64,000 nucleotides of DNA from Pseudomonadota bacterium (GTDB lineage Bacteria; Pseudomonadota; Alphaproteobacteria; UBA11222): assembly GCA_036758605.1 (NCBI GenBank), contig DAIOWE010000001.1:935-64934 (forward strand), given 5' to 3'. The translations under genes were made by a program, and so were the position numbers. Shown in pieces: positions 37,409 to 48,669 of the stretch; position 1 is the first letter of the stretch, and every line of letters starts with the position of its first letter. The notes beneath the pieces were generated by a model that was given only the letters and a program-made list of their open reading frames with translations, made no database searches and was not told the origin of the DNA.

Positions 37409-38698
37409 TTATTTTGCCGTCAGCGTGGTATTGATCTGATACTTGCCATTTCCGCCACAGCAGTGCTGGACGGAAAGCAGATAGGTACCCGGATTAACCG
37501 GTGTGTTAAGCCCGAAATTATAGCCCGCGCCACCATCGTCATTACTTGCCACCGGGTTGCCGCGACTATCCATCAGACGGGCGGTGACATCGCTGGACCC
37601 GCGCGAATTCACGGCAAGCATTCCCGGTTCAGATACGCGCAGTGAAAACATATCGACATCGTTGGCTGCGCTAATTTGTCCTTCGAGGCTGGCGCGTGTT
37701 GCGCCCGCCTGTAACAGTGTCATTGCGGTTCTGGCAGTTGCACCATAATCATCGGGTTCCGCCCCTGTCGCACCGGCGCGGCCAGCACCCACGGCTATGT
37801 CGAAACTGGCAACCGGCCTTAGCGCATCACCGCTGCGGTATAAATATAGTTTTGCGAAACCTTCCGGCGTGGTTTCAGAAAAAACGGTGCTGGCCTGCAA
37901 ACGTCCGCCTTCCGTTTTGAGTATGTTGATCGTACTGCCGGGTGGCCCCGCCAGAATGGCGTCGGCGCCAGCGCGCGCGATTTCGGGACCGGAAAGCGTA
38001 ATCACAGTGCGCTGATTTCGCAGGACGCGCGCCACGGGGTAGGGGGGCGCAAGCATGCCGGGACTGCTCAGGGCCGCAGCCAGTTGTGGCAGCCATGCGG
38101 CTGCGGATGCCGGCAGGCCGCTATCTGTTCTGGCAATGTCTTGCAGCGCCCCCCCCATGGCGGCGCCAAGCGAGCGGGACAATGTTCCGGCCATGCCTTC
38201 GCGCGCCGCAAACAAACCGTTTTTTGTGCGCTGTAACAACAGTGCTCGGGTTCCCGTCTGGCCGCCCAGTGACCGGTACAGGTTGAACAAACGCCGCGCG
38301 GATTCTGCCAATGCCTGATCCGTGGCGGAAAGTGTGCTTTTATCCGCCGCACTTACCGCGCCATCGGGTGTAATACGCAATAACGGGCCTTCGCCGCTCA
38401 GGGCATCGGGGGCAATGCGATTTGCATCGGCGAATAATTGTGAGAGGTTGGCCAGATATTCCGGGTTGCTATCCGCTTCTATGCTCAATGTGGATTGGGC
38501 GTGGGCGGGGGAGGCGAGGATGATGAAAGCGGTTAGTAAGATAAGAGAAATTTTTACTAACGTAAATTTTTTCGCAGCCCCCCACCCCAACCCCTCCCCA
38601 CGAGGGGGAGGGGCTTTGCCACCGAGTGCGGAGTTTCTTCTCCCCCCCCCTCGTGGGGAGGGCCGGGGTGGGGGGCGCAGTATGAGAAAATTCTTCAT
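37409..38698 (-). CDS. Secreted protein with a C-terminal PPC (pre-peptidase C-terminal) domain. Its N-terminal region contains an in-frame GC-rich palindromic element.
   Basis: The ATG at 38698 overlaps the GNAT stop as ATGA. Hydrophobic signal-like segment LVKISLILLTAFIILASPAHA. C-terminal …NDVDMFSLRVSEPGMLAVNSRGSSDVTARLMDSRGNPVASNDDGGAGYNFGL…PGTYLLSV… fits the PPC pattern. Confidence 0.6.
   Translation of the reverse strand: MKNFLILRPPPRPSPRGGGRRNSALGGKAPPPRGEGLGWGAAKKFTLVKISLILLTAFIILASPAHAQSTLSIEADSNPEYLANLSQLFADANRIAPDALSGEGPLLRITPDGAVSAADKSTLSATDQALAESARRLFNLYRSLGGQTGTRALLLQRTKNGLFAAREGMAGTLSRSLGAAMGGALQDIARTDSGLPASAAAWLPQLAAALSSPGMLAPPYPVARVLRNQRTVITLSGPEIARAGADAILAGPPGSTINILKTEGGRLQASTVFSETTPEGFAKLYLYRSGDALRPVASFDIAVGAGRAGATGAEPDDYGATARTAMTLLQAGATRASLEGQISAANDVDMFSLRVSEPGMLAVNSRGSSDVTARLMDSRGNPVASNDDGGAGYNFGLNTPVNPGTYLLSVQHCCGGNGKYQINTTLTAK
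38576..38675. repeat. 100-bp GC-rich imperfect palindromic element (REP/MITE-like) inside the 5' coding region of the PPC gene.
   Basis: Arm 1 CCCCCCCACCCCAACCCCTCCCCACGAGGGGGAGGGG, a 28-nt spacer, and arm 2 as its near-perfect reverse complement. Each arm itself holds a CCCCTCCCC/GGGGAGGGG hairpin. It reads as Pro/Gly/Arg-rich peptide without stops in the gene frame. Confidence 0.65.
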
Positions 38699-39300
38699 AA
38701 TAACCGTGGCGCTCTCGCCGCCAGATCACTTTCCAGCAGCGCAAACAATAGATGGTCCTGCCACACGCCGTTGATACGCAGATAGCGGCGCGCCAGACCT
38801 TCTTCCTGAAAGCCCGCATGACGTAACACGGCCTTGGACGGTTCATTGTTGGGTACGCAGGCCGCTTCCAGCCGGTGCAGGCCAAGCTGTTCAAACACAA
38901 ATGGCACTATACAGCGCGCCGCCTCGCGCATATAGCCCTGGCCCGAATATGGCTGTCCCATCCAGTATCCCAGCGTACCGGATTGCGTCACACCGCGCCG
39001 GATATTGCTGAGGGTAAGGCCGCCGATCAATGCGGAATCTTCCTGACGAAATATGAACAGGGCATAGCCCGTATCCTCGCGCATTTCCTGTGCATAGCGT
39101 TTCAGGCGGCGGCGGTATGCAGGGCGGCTAAGATCATCTGCGGGCCATATAGGTTCCCATGGAGTCAGGAATGCACGGCTGGTTTCGCGCAATGTGGCCC
39201 ATTCATCAAAATCACTGACAAGGGGGGCGCGCAGAAAAACCCTGCGTCCCTCAATCCGCACCTGTTCACTCATCAACACCGATGGCCGTAATAAGGACAT
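38695..39300 (-). CDS. GNAT family N-acetyltransferase (RimJ/RimL-like).
   Basis: 201 aa; …ALFIFRQEDSALIGGLTLSNIRRGVTQSGTLGYWMGQPYSGQGYMREAARCIV… acetyl-CoA binding motifs. RBS GGGGAGAA. Confidence 0.7.
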   Translation of the reverse strand: MSLLRPSVLMSEQVRIEGRRVFLRAPLVSDFDEWATLRETSRAFLTPWEPIWPADDLSRPAYRRRLKRYAQEMREDTGYALFIFRQEDSALIGGLTLSNIRRGVTQSGTLGYWMGQPYSGQGYMREAARCIVPFVFEQLGLHRLEAACVPNNEPSKAVLRHAGFQEEGLARRYLRINGVWQDHLLFALLESDLAARAPRLL

Positions 39301-39347
39301 AATCCTGAATGATTCTCCCCGAACGCAGCCATTTTAACGCTGCGAAA

Positions 39348-40619
39348 TTATCCCGCGCCGAATCTTGCCGCTATTTTGCTGCTGGATTCAAGCTGCGTAA
39401 TGGGGCCTAGCGCAGAAACGGCTAATTTTGGCTTGTTCAACATCCTGTCGGCATAGCGTTGCACCGCCGCAGCATCGACCGAATCAATTTTTTCCACCAG
39501 TTCGGCATTGGTTAGCAGGCGCCCCCGGATCAGCAGATGGCGCGCCATCTGCTCACACCGGGAACTGGGGGATTCAAGCCCCATCAGCAGGCCTGCCTTT
39601 AACTGTGCGCGGGCGCGTGCCACTTCGTCGGAACGCACAGAACCGGCCACTCCCTGCATTTCATTGACAAGGACCGGCACAAGTTCACCCAATCTGTCTG
39701 GTCCCGTTCCGACATATACACCGGTAATTCCCGTATCCACGAAAGAGCTGGAAAATGCATAAACTGAATAACATAGACCACGTTTTTCACGCACCTCCTG
39801 AAACAGGCGCGACGACATGCCACCGCCCAGAATAGTGGTGAAGACCTGACTGGCGAAATAATCCGGGTCGTCATAAGTGACACCTTCCAGCGCCATTACC
39901 AGATGCACCTGTTCCAGATCCTTGGTTTCACGGGCGTCGCCGCCATGATATTGCGCATGCTGCAGATCACGGTGCGTCGATTGACCAAGGCTGGAGAATT
40001 TTTCCTCGGCCAGTTTGACAAGTGCATCATGGTCAATGTTACCGGCCGCCGACAGCACCATGTCCTGGGCGCGGTAATTGCGCGCCATGTGTCCGCGCAA
40101 AATCTCCGGCGTCATACCGCCCACACTGTCCGGCGTTCCAAGAATCGTGCGGCCGATGGCCTGATCGGGATAGGCCATTTCCTGCAGGCGGTCATAGACC
40201 AGATCATCGGGGGTATCCAGCGCCTGACCGATTTCCTGCACGATCACATCCTGTTCGCGCTCCAGTTCTGACGGGTCGAACACGGATTCCTGCAGAATGT
40301 CCGCCAGCATATCCACCGCCAGGGCCGCGTCATTTTTCAGGACACGGATATAATAAGCGGTGTTTTCACGGCTGGTATAGGCGTTGACATGCCCGCCAAC
40401 CGCTTCGATTTCTTCTGCGATCTGTAAGGCGCTGCGCCGTTTTGTGCCTTTGAATGCCATATGCTCCAGCAGGTGCGAAATGCCGTGCATCTGCTGGGTT
40501 TCATGGCGCGCGCCGCTATCCACCCAGATGCCAATGGCGACGCTTTCCAGATGTGGCATATGTGCGCTTACGACGCGCAGGCCGTTGGCTAATGTTGTTA
40601 CGCGGGGTGCCAGTGTCAT
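39348..40619 (-). CDS. M16 family zinc peptidase (pitrilysin / processing-peptidase-like).
   Basis: Inverted zinc motif HGISHLLEHMAFKGT…E…; 423 aa. Confidence 0.8.
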   Translation of the reverse strand: MTLAPRVTTLANGLRVVSAHMPHLESVAIGIWVDSGARHETQQMHGISHLLEHMAFKGTKRRSALQIAEEIEAVGGHVNAYTSRENTAYYIRVLKNDAALAVDMLADILQESVFDPSELEREQDVIVQEIGQALDTPDDLVYDRLQEMAYPDQAIGRTILGTPDSVGGMTPEILRGHMARNYRAQDMVLSAAGNIDHDALVKLAEEKFSSLGQSTHRDLQHAQYHGGDARETKDLEQVHLVMALEGVTYDDPDYFASQVFTTILGGGMSSRLFQEVREKRGLCYSVYAFSSSFVDTGITGVYVGTGPDRLGELVPVLVNEMQGVAGSVRSDEVARARAQLKAGLLMGLESPSSRCEQMARHLLIRGRLLTNAELVEKIDSVDAAAVQRYADRMLNKPKLAVSALGPITQLESSSKIAARFGAG

Positions 40620-42007
40620 TGGATTTTCGCCTCAATAAAAGCTTCAACAGTTGCAAGATCATTCACCAGTGTGGTGCAGCGTTCGGGTGATTTCAGCAGA
40701 TCGTGATAGCGCGACGGCAGTTGCGGGCGAATGCCGGTTGCTTTTTCCACCGGGTCGGGGAATTTTGCCGGGTGCGCTGTGGCCAGGGTCACCATCGGGA
40801 TTTTCGAATCGTTCTGGTGCAAACGCGCCGCCGCGCGCCCTACGGCGGTATGCGGATCGATCTGCATGCCGGTTTCCTGAAAGGTGCGGGTGATTTCATT
40901 CAAGGTTGCTGCCTCGTCCACGCGATGGGCGCTGAACTGGCTGGTGATATAATCATGCGCTGCGGGCGACAGGGTAAAGCTGCCCGATTGTGGCAAAGCA
41001 TCCATTTGCACCGTCACGCGATCTGCGTCCCTTGAATTGGCTTCAAACAGCAACCGCTCAAAATTGCTGGATACCTGAATATCCATGCTGGGGCTTAAGG
41101 TTGGGTGAACCTGCCCCAGTGTGTATTTTCCCGTGGCCAGGGTGCGCGCCAGAATATCGTTGTTATTCGTGGCGATCAGCAGCCGGTTGACAGGCAGGCC
41201 CATGCGTTTGGCGGCATAACCCGCATAGATATCGCCAAAATTCCCTGTGGGTACACTGAAATCCAGGGGCCGCAAGCCGCCCCCCAGGGATAGCGCCGCG
41301 TGAAAATAATAAACGATCTGCGGCATCACCCGCGCCCAGTTGATCGAATTCATGCCTGACAGGTGGGTGCGGGCACGAAAATCGGCATGATTGAACATGG
41401 CTTTCACCAGATTCTGGCAATCGTCAAACGTGCCCTCAACGGCAATGTTATGCACATTGGCATCCAGCACCGTGGTCATCTGGCGGCGCTGAATTTCCGA
41501 CGTGCGGCCTTTGGGATGCAGCACGAATATGTTTGCCGCCTCCCGCCCCTTGATGGCGTGAATCGCGGCGCTGCCGGTATCACCCGAAGTCGCCACCAGA
41601 ATATTCACGCGCTGCTTGCGTTTCGTCAGCACATGGTCAAACAGCCGTCCAACCAGTTGCAGAGCCACATCCTTGAACGCCAGTGTCGGCCCGTGAAACA
41701 GTTCCAGCAACCAGTTATTATGATCAAGCTGCACCAGAGGCGTGACCGCCACATGGTCAAAGCTGGCATAGGATTCATCAATCAGACGTTTGAGTGTGGC
41801 CGCCTCGATAGCGTTACCGACCAGCGGCTGCATGATGCGCAGCGCCAGTTCCGCATAGGGAAGCCCAGCCATCTTGTGAATGTCCTGAATGAAAAACTCG
41901 GGCCAGTAAAGTGGTACATACAGGCCGCCATCGTCGGCGAGGCCAACCAAAAGCGCTTCGTCGAAATCCAACTGCCGGGCCTGCCCACGGGTACTGATAT
42001 ATTTCAT
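40616..42007 (-). CDS. thrC: Threonine synthase.
   Basis: MKYISTRGQ…; PLP-lysine motif …FHGPTLAFKDVALQ…; 463 aa. Confidence 0.85.
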   Translation of the reverse strand: MKYISTRGQARQLDFDEALLVGLADDGGLYVPLYWPEFFIQDIHKMAGLPYAELALRIMQPLVGNAIEAATLKRLIDESYASFDHVAVTPLVQLDHNNWLLELFHGPTLAFKDVALQLVGRLFDHVLTKRKQRVNILVATSGDTGSAAIHAIKGREAANIFVLHPKGRTSEIQRRQMTTVLDANVHNIAVEGTFDDCQNLVKAMFNHADFRARTHLSGMNSINWARVMPQIVYYFHAALSLGGGLRPLDFSVPTGNFGDIYAGYAAKRMGLPVNRLLIATNNNDILARTLATGKYTLGQVHPTLSPSMDIQVSSNFERLLFEANSRDADRVTVQMDALPQSGSFTLSPAAHDYITSQFSAHRVDEAATLNEITRTFQETGMQIDPHTAVGRAAARLHQNDSKIPMVTLATAHPAKFPDPVEKATGIRPQLPSRYHDLLKSPERCTTLVNDLATVEAFIEAKIQ

Positions 42008-42022
42008 AAAGTCTGTTCCGGC

Positions 42023-43540
42023 CTAACCAGGTAAATAACGTGCGCGAAGATGCGCCTTGAAAGCCGCCGTGCCTAGTGGTGCGCCGGTCGCTCTCTGCAA
42101 TAATTCATCACTGCTGTAGCGGCTACCCCATTGATGCACATTATCATTCAACCATCCCATCAAAGGATAAAAATTTCCCTTTGATAATTCAGGAAGAATT
42201 TCTGTTATGTCTTTTCTCGCAGCATCAAAAAACTGCGCCGCCGCCAGCGCCCCTAGCGTATAGGTAGGGAAATAACCGAACAGTCCAGCCGCCCAATGCA
42301 CGTCCTGCATACAGCCATCAGAGTCATTGGGGGGCGTAATGCCCAGAAGATCGTGCATCCCTTCATTCCATGCGCCGGGCAGATCACGGATTTGCAGATC
42401 GCCGCCGATCATCGCGCGTTCCAGACGGTAACGCAGTATCACATGCAACGGATAGGTCACCTCATTGGCATGCACCCGGATCAGATCGGCTTCCACATGC
42501 TGAAACATGCGCAATAGATTGTCCGGTGACCAGGCCGCCTGATCGCCAAAAGCCATCGCCAATTTTGGTGCAAGATAGCGGGTGAATTCGCGGCTGCGGC
42601 AGGCCTGCATCTCTATGATCAGGGATTGGCTTTCATGGGTGATCATCCCACGCGCGCGTCCGATCGGCTGACTGCGCCAGGCTTTGGGCAGGCCGCGTTC
42701 ATAAAGGGCATGGCCGGTTTCGTGCAGTACGGCCATCAGGCCCTGCAAAAACTCCGTTTCGCTATAACGGGTGGTGATGCGCGCATCTTCCGGTACGCCA
42801 CCGGAAAATGGATGGTGACTGACATCCAGACGGCCATGTTCAAAATCAAATCCCATATCCCGCATCAGGGCTACGGCAATGCTGCGCTGGCTAGCAACAG
42901 GAAACGGGCCAGAGGGGTGAATGATCCTAGGCAGGCTACGCTGGCGCTCCAGAACCGGGGGTAGGAAATCAGGCAGGAAATCTTCCAGTTCAGCAAACAG
43001 TTTATCAATCACCACCGCCGATATGCCACTGTCAAACTGGTCCAGCAACGCATCATATGGCGTGCAGCCCATAATGGCGGCTTTGGCGCTTGCTGCCTCC
43101 CGGCTTAATTGCAGCAACACATCAAGACCAGAAGCCAGCGCCTTGAAATCATTCTTTTCGCGCGCCGACCTCCAGGTAATTTCGCATTCACATGCGGCGC
43201 GTGACAGGGCATCGACCAGATCAGCGGGCAGGGCCGTAGCATGCCGCCAGGAACGGCGCATACGGGCAAGATTGGTCTGCTGCCAGCCATCCAGTTGGGA
43301 TGCGCCGGCTTCTGCTTCGGCCAGCAGATCGGCAATCTCCGGGCTGCACAGGGTTTCGTGGCGGATCAGTTTCAGTGTGGCTAGCTGGTCTGCACGGGCG
43401 TCGGCACCGCCTTCAGGCATCATGGTCGCCTGATCCCAATCGAGTATGGACAATGCGCCGTCCAGACTGCTGATGCGGGTAAAGCGCTGCTCCAGCGAAC
43501 GATACGCGCTATTCGCGCGCGCGGAATTGCTCTGCGACAT
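42023..43540 (-). CDS. M32 family carboxypeptidase (Taq-type). Start probably ATG 43540; the track ORF extends to 43594.
   Basis: HETGHALYERG (HExxH) and …HESQS… motifs; the N-terminus …AYRSLEQRFTRISSLDGALSILDWDQATMMPEGG… is typical of M32. Confidence 0.75.
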   Translation of the reverse strand: MSQSNSARANSAYRSLEQRFTRISSLDGALSILDWDQATMMPEGGADARADQLATLKLIRHETLCSPEIADLLAEAEAGASQLDGWQQTNLARMRRSWRHATALPADLVDALSRAACECEITWRSAREKNDFKALASGLDVLLQLSREAASAKAAIMGCTPYDALLDQFDSGISAVVIDKLFAELEDFLPDFLPPVLERQRSLPRIIHPSGPFPVASQRSIAVALMRDMGFDFEHGRLDVSHHPFSGGVPEDARITTRYSETEFLQGLMAVLHETGHALYERGLPKAWRSQPIGRARGMITHESQSLIIEMQACRSREFTRYLAPKLAMAFGDQAAWSPDNLLRMFQHVEADLIRVHANEVTYPLHVILRYRLERAMIGGDLQIRDLPGAWNEGMHDLLGITPPNDSDGCMQDVHWAAGLFGYFPTYTLGALAAAQFFDAARKDITEILPELSKGNFYPLMGWLNDNVHQWGSRYSSDELLQRATGAPLGTAAFKAHLRARYLPG

Positions 43541-44252
43541 AGAAGCCGTAGACGATGAGGAGGGCAACGGCGAGGCTGAACCAGGTAAGGGCATAGTTTA
43601 GATGGTCATTACTTATCTTGACGCGGCTTTGGCCGCCAATTGGCAAACCACCCGGATTGGGGGTCTCGTCCGCTTCCAGGAATATGGGGGCATAGTGCAC
43701 TATTTCATGAAATTTAGCCATCCCATCCAGATCGCCGTAGAACCAGATATTTGCCTTTGGCTCATTATCCGCAACAAAAGTATTTTGTAGCCATGGTTTA
43801 CGACCAATTCCTGCGAGTGTTACCAAACCTTCGATCTGGCCTTCCTTGCGGGTCTCGGGGTTGCGTTTGTCCATTGGCACCCAGCCACGGTTGAAGAACA
43901 CGAAGCTGCCATCGGGGCGCTCCAGCGGCGTAATAATCAGAAAGCCGGGTTTGCCCTTGGCGCTGGCCGCATACATGTGAATTTCTTTGTCATGATGAAA
44001 CCGCCCCTCAACCCGGGCTTTGCGATAGCGCCATTCCTCCGGGTTTATGTCGCCAGCGGGTAATGGACTGGCAGGAAGGGTCATTTGCGTCTCAATGGTG
44101 GCGATAATTTCAGACTTCCAGTGCAATCGTTGTAATTGCCAGACACCAAGCCCAACCAGCACGGCCAGCGCAACAAGTGTCATCAGGCTGGGAACCAGCG
44201 GAAGCCCTGTAAAAATCTGCCGCAGGGTTGGCCGGTGTGTTTCAGTCGTCAT
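43509..44252 (-). CDS. SURF1 family cytochrome oxidase assembly protein.
   Basis: 247 aa; two TM segments flanking a periplasmic domain (…LVGLGVWQLQRLHWK…); conserved position downstream of ctaE. Confidence 0.8.
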   Translation of the reverse strand: MTTETHRPTLRQIFTGLPLVPSLMTLVALAVLVGLGVWQLQRLHWKSEIIATIETQMTLPASPLPAGDINPEEWRYRKARVEGRFHHDKEIHMYAASAKGKPGFLIITPLERPDGSFVFFNRGWVPMDKRNPETRKEGQIEGLVTLAGIGRKPWLQNTFVADNEPKANIWFYGDLDGMAKFHEIVHYAPIFLEADETPNPGGLPIGGQSRVKISNDHLNYALTWFSLAVALLIVYGFYVAEQFRARE

Positions 44253-44306
44253 CTATCTGGCTACTTCCGGCTTCATGTCCGAATTACAGGGCTGTCATAA
44301 CGTAGA

Positions 44307-44330
44307 ATACCGCCGGTTTATCGGCGGTAT
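44307..44330. promoter_or_regulatory. Perfect 9-bp-stem palindrome between ctaE and the SURF1 gene.
   Basis: ATACCGCCG-GTTTAT-CGGCGGTAT. Confidence 0.25.
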
Positions 44331-44369
44331 TCGTCTTGTTGAAGTCTCGTTATAAACCGGAATGGCGTA

Positions 44370-45161
44370 TCAGCCGCCCCAGACATAGATGCAGGCAAAC
44401 AGGAACAGCCAAACGACGTCCACAAAGTGCCAGTACCAGGCGGCCGCCTCGAAACCGAAATGGTGATCCGGTTTGAAATGGCCACGTTCCGCGCGCAGGA
44501 GACAGACGATCAGGAAGATCGTACCAACGAGCACATGGAAGCCATGAAAGCCGGTCGCCATGTAGAATGTGGAGCCATAGATGCTGCCGGCAAAAGCAAA
44601 GCTGGCATGGCTATATTCATAAGCCTGAACAGCGGTGAACAGTGCGCCCAACAGGATTGTCAGGATCAGGCCATAGCGCAGCCCCTTGCGGTCACCATGC
44701 ACCAGTGCATGGTGCGCCCAGGTCACCGTCGTACCGGAGGTCAGCAGTATGAGCGTATTCAGCAGCGGCAGATGCCAGGGGTCGAGGGTTTCGATGCCTT
44801 CTGGCGGCCAGATGCCGCCTGTCGCATCCGGAAACAGACTGGCATTGAAGAATGCCCAGAACCAGGCCACAAAGAACATAACCTCAGAGGCAATAAACAG
44901 CAGCATGCCATAGCGATGATGCAGTTGTACCACGGGCGTGTGATTGCCTAGATGTTCGGCCTCGTTGATAACGTCGCGCCACCAGCCGATAAAGGTGTAG
45001 GCCAGTCCGGCAGCACCCAGGAAGAAGACCCATGCCGGACCTTCATGCATGGAGATGACGCCGCCAACGGCAGCAATAAAGGCGCTGATAGAGCCGATAA
45101 CCGGCCAGGCGCTGGGTTCAACCAGATGATAGTCATGTTGTGGGGCGTGTGCGTCTGCCAT
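44370..45161 (-). CDS. ctaE: Cytochrome c oxidase subunit III.
   Basis: 263 aa, 7 TM; …[23 protein letters not shown]…. Confidence 0.9.
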   Translation of the reverse strand: MADAHAPQHDYHLVEPSAWPVIGSISAFIAAVGGVISMHEGPAWVFFLGAAGLAYTFIGWWRDVINEAEHLGNHTPVVQLHHRYGMLLFIASEVMFFVAWFWAFFNASLFPDATGGIWPPEGIETLDPWHLPLLNTLILLTSGTTVTWAHHALVHGDRKGLRYGLILTILLGALFTAVQAYEYSHASFAFAGSIYGSTFYMATGFHGFHVLVGTIFLIVCLLRAERGHFKPDHHFGFEAAAWYWHFVDVVWLFLFACIYVWGG

Positions 45162-45184
45162 GCTTTTTCTCTTCAGTTGCGCCG

Positions 45185-45763
45185 TTACGGGGTCGCCGTT
45201 ACGGCTACCTTAGGGTGGGTTGGATGGAAGGTGTAGGAAAGCGTTATGGTCTTTACGTCGTGCATGTTTTCATCCTCATCAATCGATGGATCGATGAAAT
45301 ATTGCACAGGCATGTCTATTTCCTGACCGGCAGCAAGCTGCTGCTCAGTGAAGCAGAAACATTCGATCTTGGAAAAATATGCGCCAGCTTTTGCGGGTGT
45401 GACATTAAAGCTGGCGGTGCCGTTGAGCGGTTTGTCCGACAGATTTTTGGCGCGGAAAAACGCCAGTCCAACCTCGCCGACTTTTAATTTCTGCGGGCCC
45501 TGCGCCGGGGCGAATTCCCAAGCGAGGCTGCGCGCCACGCTGGCATCAAAGCGTATTGTCATCTGGCGAACCAGAACCTGTTCGGGGGCGGCCTCTGCCT
45601 TGTTGGTTGTGCCGCCAAAACCGGTCATCTGACAAAATATACGATAGAGCGGAACAGACGCGTAAGACAGGCCAATCATCCCGGCAACAACAGCAACGCA
45701 CAGTATCGCAATTCTGCGCGACGCATTGGCCCGGTGATGCAGCCTGATGAAAGTTTGCGTCAT
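45185..45763 (-). CDS. ctaG: Cytochrome c oxidase copper-insertion protein CtaG/Cox11.
   Basis: 192 aa; TM then …[17 protein letters not shown]…CFCF… Cox11 motifs. Confidence 0.85.
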   Translation of the reverse strand: MTQTFIRLHHRANASRRIAILCVAVVAGMIGLSYASVPLYRIFCQMTGFGGTTNKAEAAPEQVLVRQMTIRFDASVARSLAWEFAPAQGPQKLKVGEVGLAFFRAKNLSDKPLNGTASFNVTPAKAGAYFSKIECFCFTEQQLAAGQEIDMPVQYFIDPSIDEDENMHDVKTITLSYTFHPTHPKVAVTATP

Positions 45764-45768
45764 GGGTA

Positions 45769-45888
45769 TTAACCACCGCTCAGTTTAACAAGGGTCAGGG
45801 CAAATAAGAGCGCCATAATTCCCAACAAAATTCCCGCAACTGTAAAGTTTTTAGCCCGTTTGCGTTTGTGTAATTCGGTGATTGGCAT
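45769..45888 (-). CDS. Small conserved membrane protein (39 aa) between ctaB and ctaG, below the ORF-track length threshold.
   Basis: MPITELHKRKRAKNFTVAGILLGIMALLFALTLVKLSGG: basic N-terminus plus one TM. ATG lies 2 nt after the ctaB stop. Confidence 0.4.
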   Translation of the reverse strand: MPITELHKRKRAKNFTVAGILLGIMALLFALTLVKLSGG

Positions 45889-45890
45889 GA

Positions 45891-46940
45891 TTATGCGCGG
45901 CTTCCCAGATCAAAAACGCCTTCTGCCAGCAACGCGGAAAACAGCAGCATCAGATACAAAATTGAATAAGCGAATAGATGTTTGGCTGGTTTGTCGCCCG
46001 CGTCGCCAGTAATGTTGCGCACATTCCATACGCGCACGGCAAGCACAGCAAAGATCACACTGAGAGCGGCGGCGCTTGCGCCATAATAGATGCTGGCAAA
46101 CCCCATCAACCAGGGCGCAAGGACAACCGGTATCATCAGCGCCGTATAAATCAGGATCTGCCTGCAAGTTTCAACGCGGCCAGCGACCACAGGCAACATG
46201 GGTACGCCAACCTTGGCATATTCCCCGCTACGATATAGCGCCAGCGCCCAGAAATGCGGCGGCGTCCACATGAATATAATCATGAACAGCACGATGGATT
46301 CGATGCTGACAGTACCTGTTACGGCGGCCCAGCCAATCATCGGCGGAAAGGCGCCGGCAGCACCACCAATCACAATATTCTGGGGCGTCCGGCGCTTCAG
46401 CCACATTGTGTAAATGAACATGTAAAAGCCAATGGTCAGCGCCAGCAACGCAGCAGTCGTCGCGTTTACGGCAATCCCGATCAACAATATTGAACCAAGT
46501 GACAGCGTGACGCCAAGATTCAAGGCTTCTGCGGGGGCGACCCGTCCCATCGGAATGGGGCGCGTTTTCGTGCGTTCCATTTGCGCATCAATGTCGGCGT
46601 CATACCACATGTTCAGTGCACCGGACGCGCCTGCGCCAACAGCAATGCACAGCAATGCGATAAACCCGATCACCGGATTAATTTGGCCGGGGGCCATCAT
46701 CATGCCGACAAACCCCGTAAATACAACCAGTGACATCACGCGGGGTTTCAGCAGCGCAAAATAATCACCCACGGTGGCTTCTTCGGTAACAATATTGGGC
46801 TGTGGTGCGCGCGAAATTTCGTTACGCGCGGCATTGAACATCCGGGCAGCAGGTAATGAAGCGCCACGTCCGCTTCCCGCAACCGTATCAGTGGCCTGCT
46901 TGGCCATTCTGTACACAGAACCGTCCTGATGCCTGTCCAT
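45891..46940 (-). CDS. ctaB: Protoheme IX farnesyltransferase (heme O synthase). The N-terminus may start at an internal Met.
   Basis: UbiA-family polytopic membrane protein; …[17 protein letters not shown]…; position within the cta cluster. Confidence 0.85.
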   Translation of the reverse strand: MDRHQDGSVYRMAKQATDTVAGSGRGASLPAARMFNAARNEISRAPQPNIVTEEATVGDYFALLKPRVMSLVVFTGFVGMMMAPGQINPVIGFIALLCIAVGAGASGALNMWYDADIDAQMERTKTRPIPMGRVAPAEALNLGVTLSLGSILLIGIAVNATTAALLALTIGFYMFIYTMWLKRRTPQNIVIGGAAGAFPPMIGWAAVTGTVSIESIVLFMIIFMWTPPHFWALALYRSGEYAKVGVPMLPVVAGRVETCRQILIYTALMIPVVLAPWLMGFASIYYGASAAALSVIFAVLAVRVWNVRNITGDAGDKPAKHLFAYSILYLMLLFSALLAEGVFDLGSRA

Positions 46941-47021
46941 TATAATACCTGACTGGTTTACGCTGATGATGTTTTCGGGGAAATCAAGTAATTCGCTTTC
47001 CCCGAAAACAAACTCTGACCT

Positions 47022-48629
<1,608 letters not shown>

Positions 48630-48669
48630 CTAAACTACTCTCTCTCGAATCATCTAGTTGCGTATGGGA

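Noticed and set aside
38576-38675. Possibility that the GC-rich repeat is a CRISPR array or an rRNA/tRNA fragment.
   Set aside because: It is a single palindrome with one 28-bp spacer, not multiple repeat-spacer units. No cas genes are present, and it has no tRNA cloverleaf potential or rRNA similarity.
38322-38774. 150-aa plus-strand ORF crossing the GC-rich palindrome.
   Set aside because: It is created by the stop-free GC-rich palindrome. It overlaps the ATGA-coupled GNAT/PPC genes on the other strand and has no start context.
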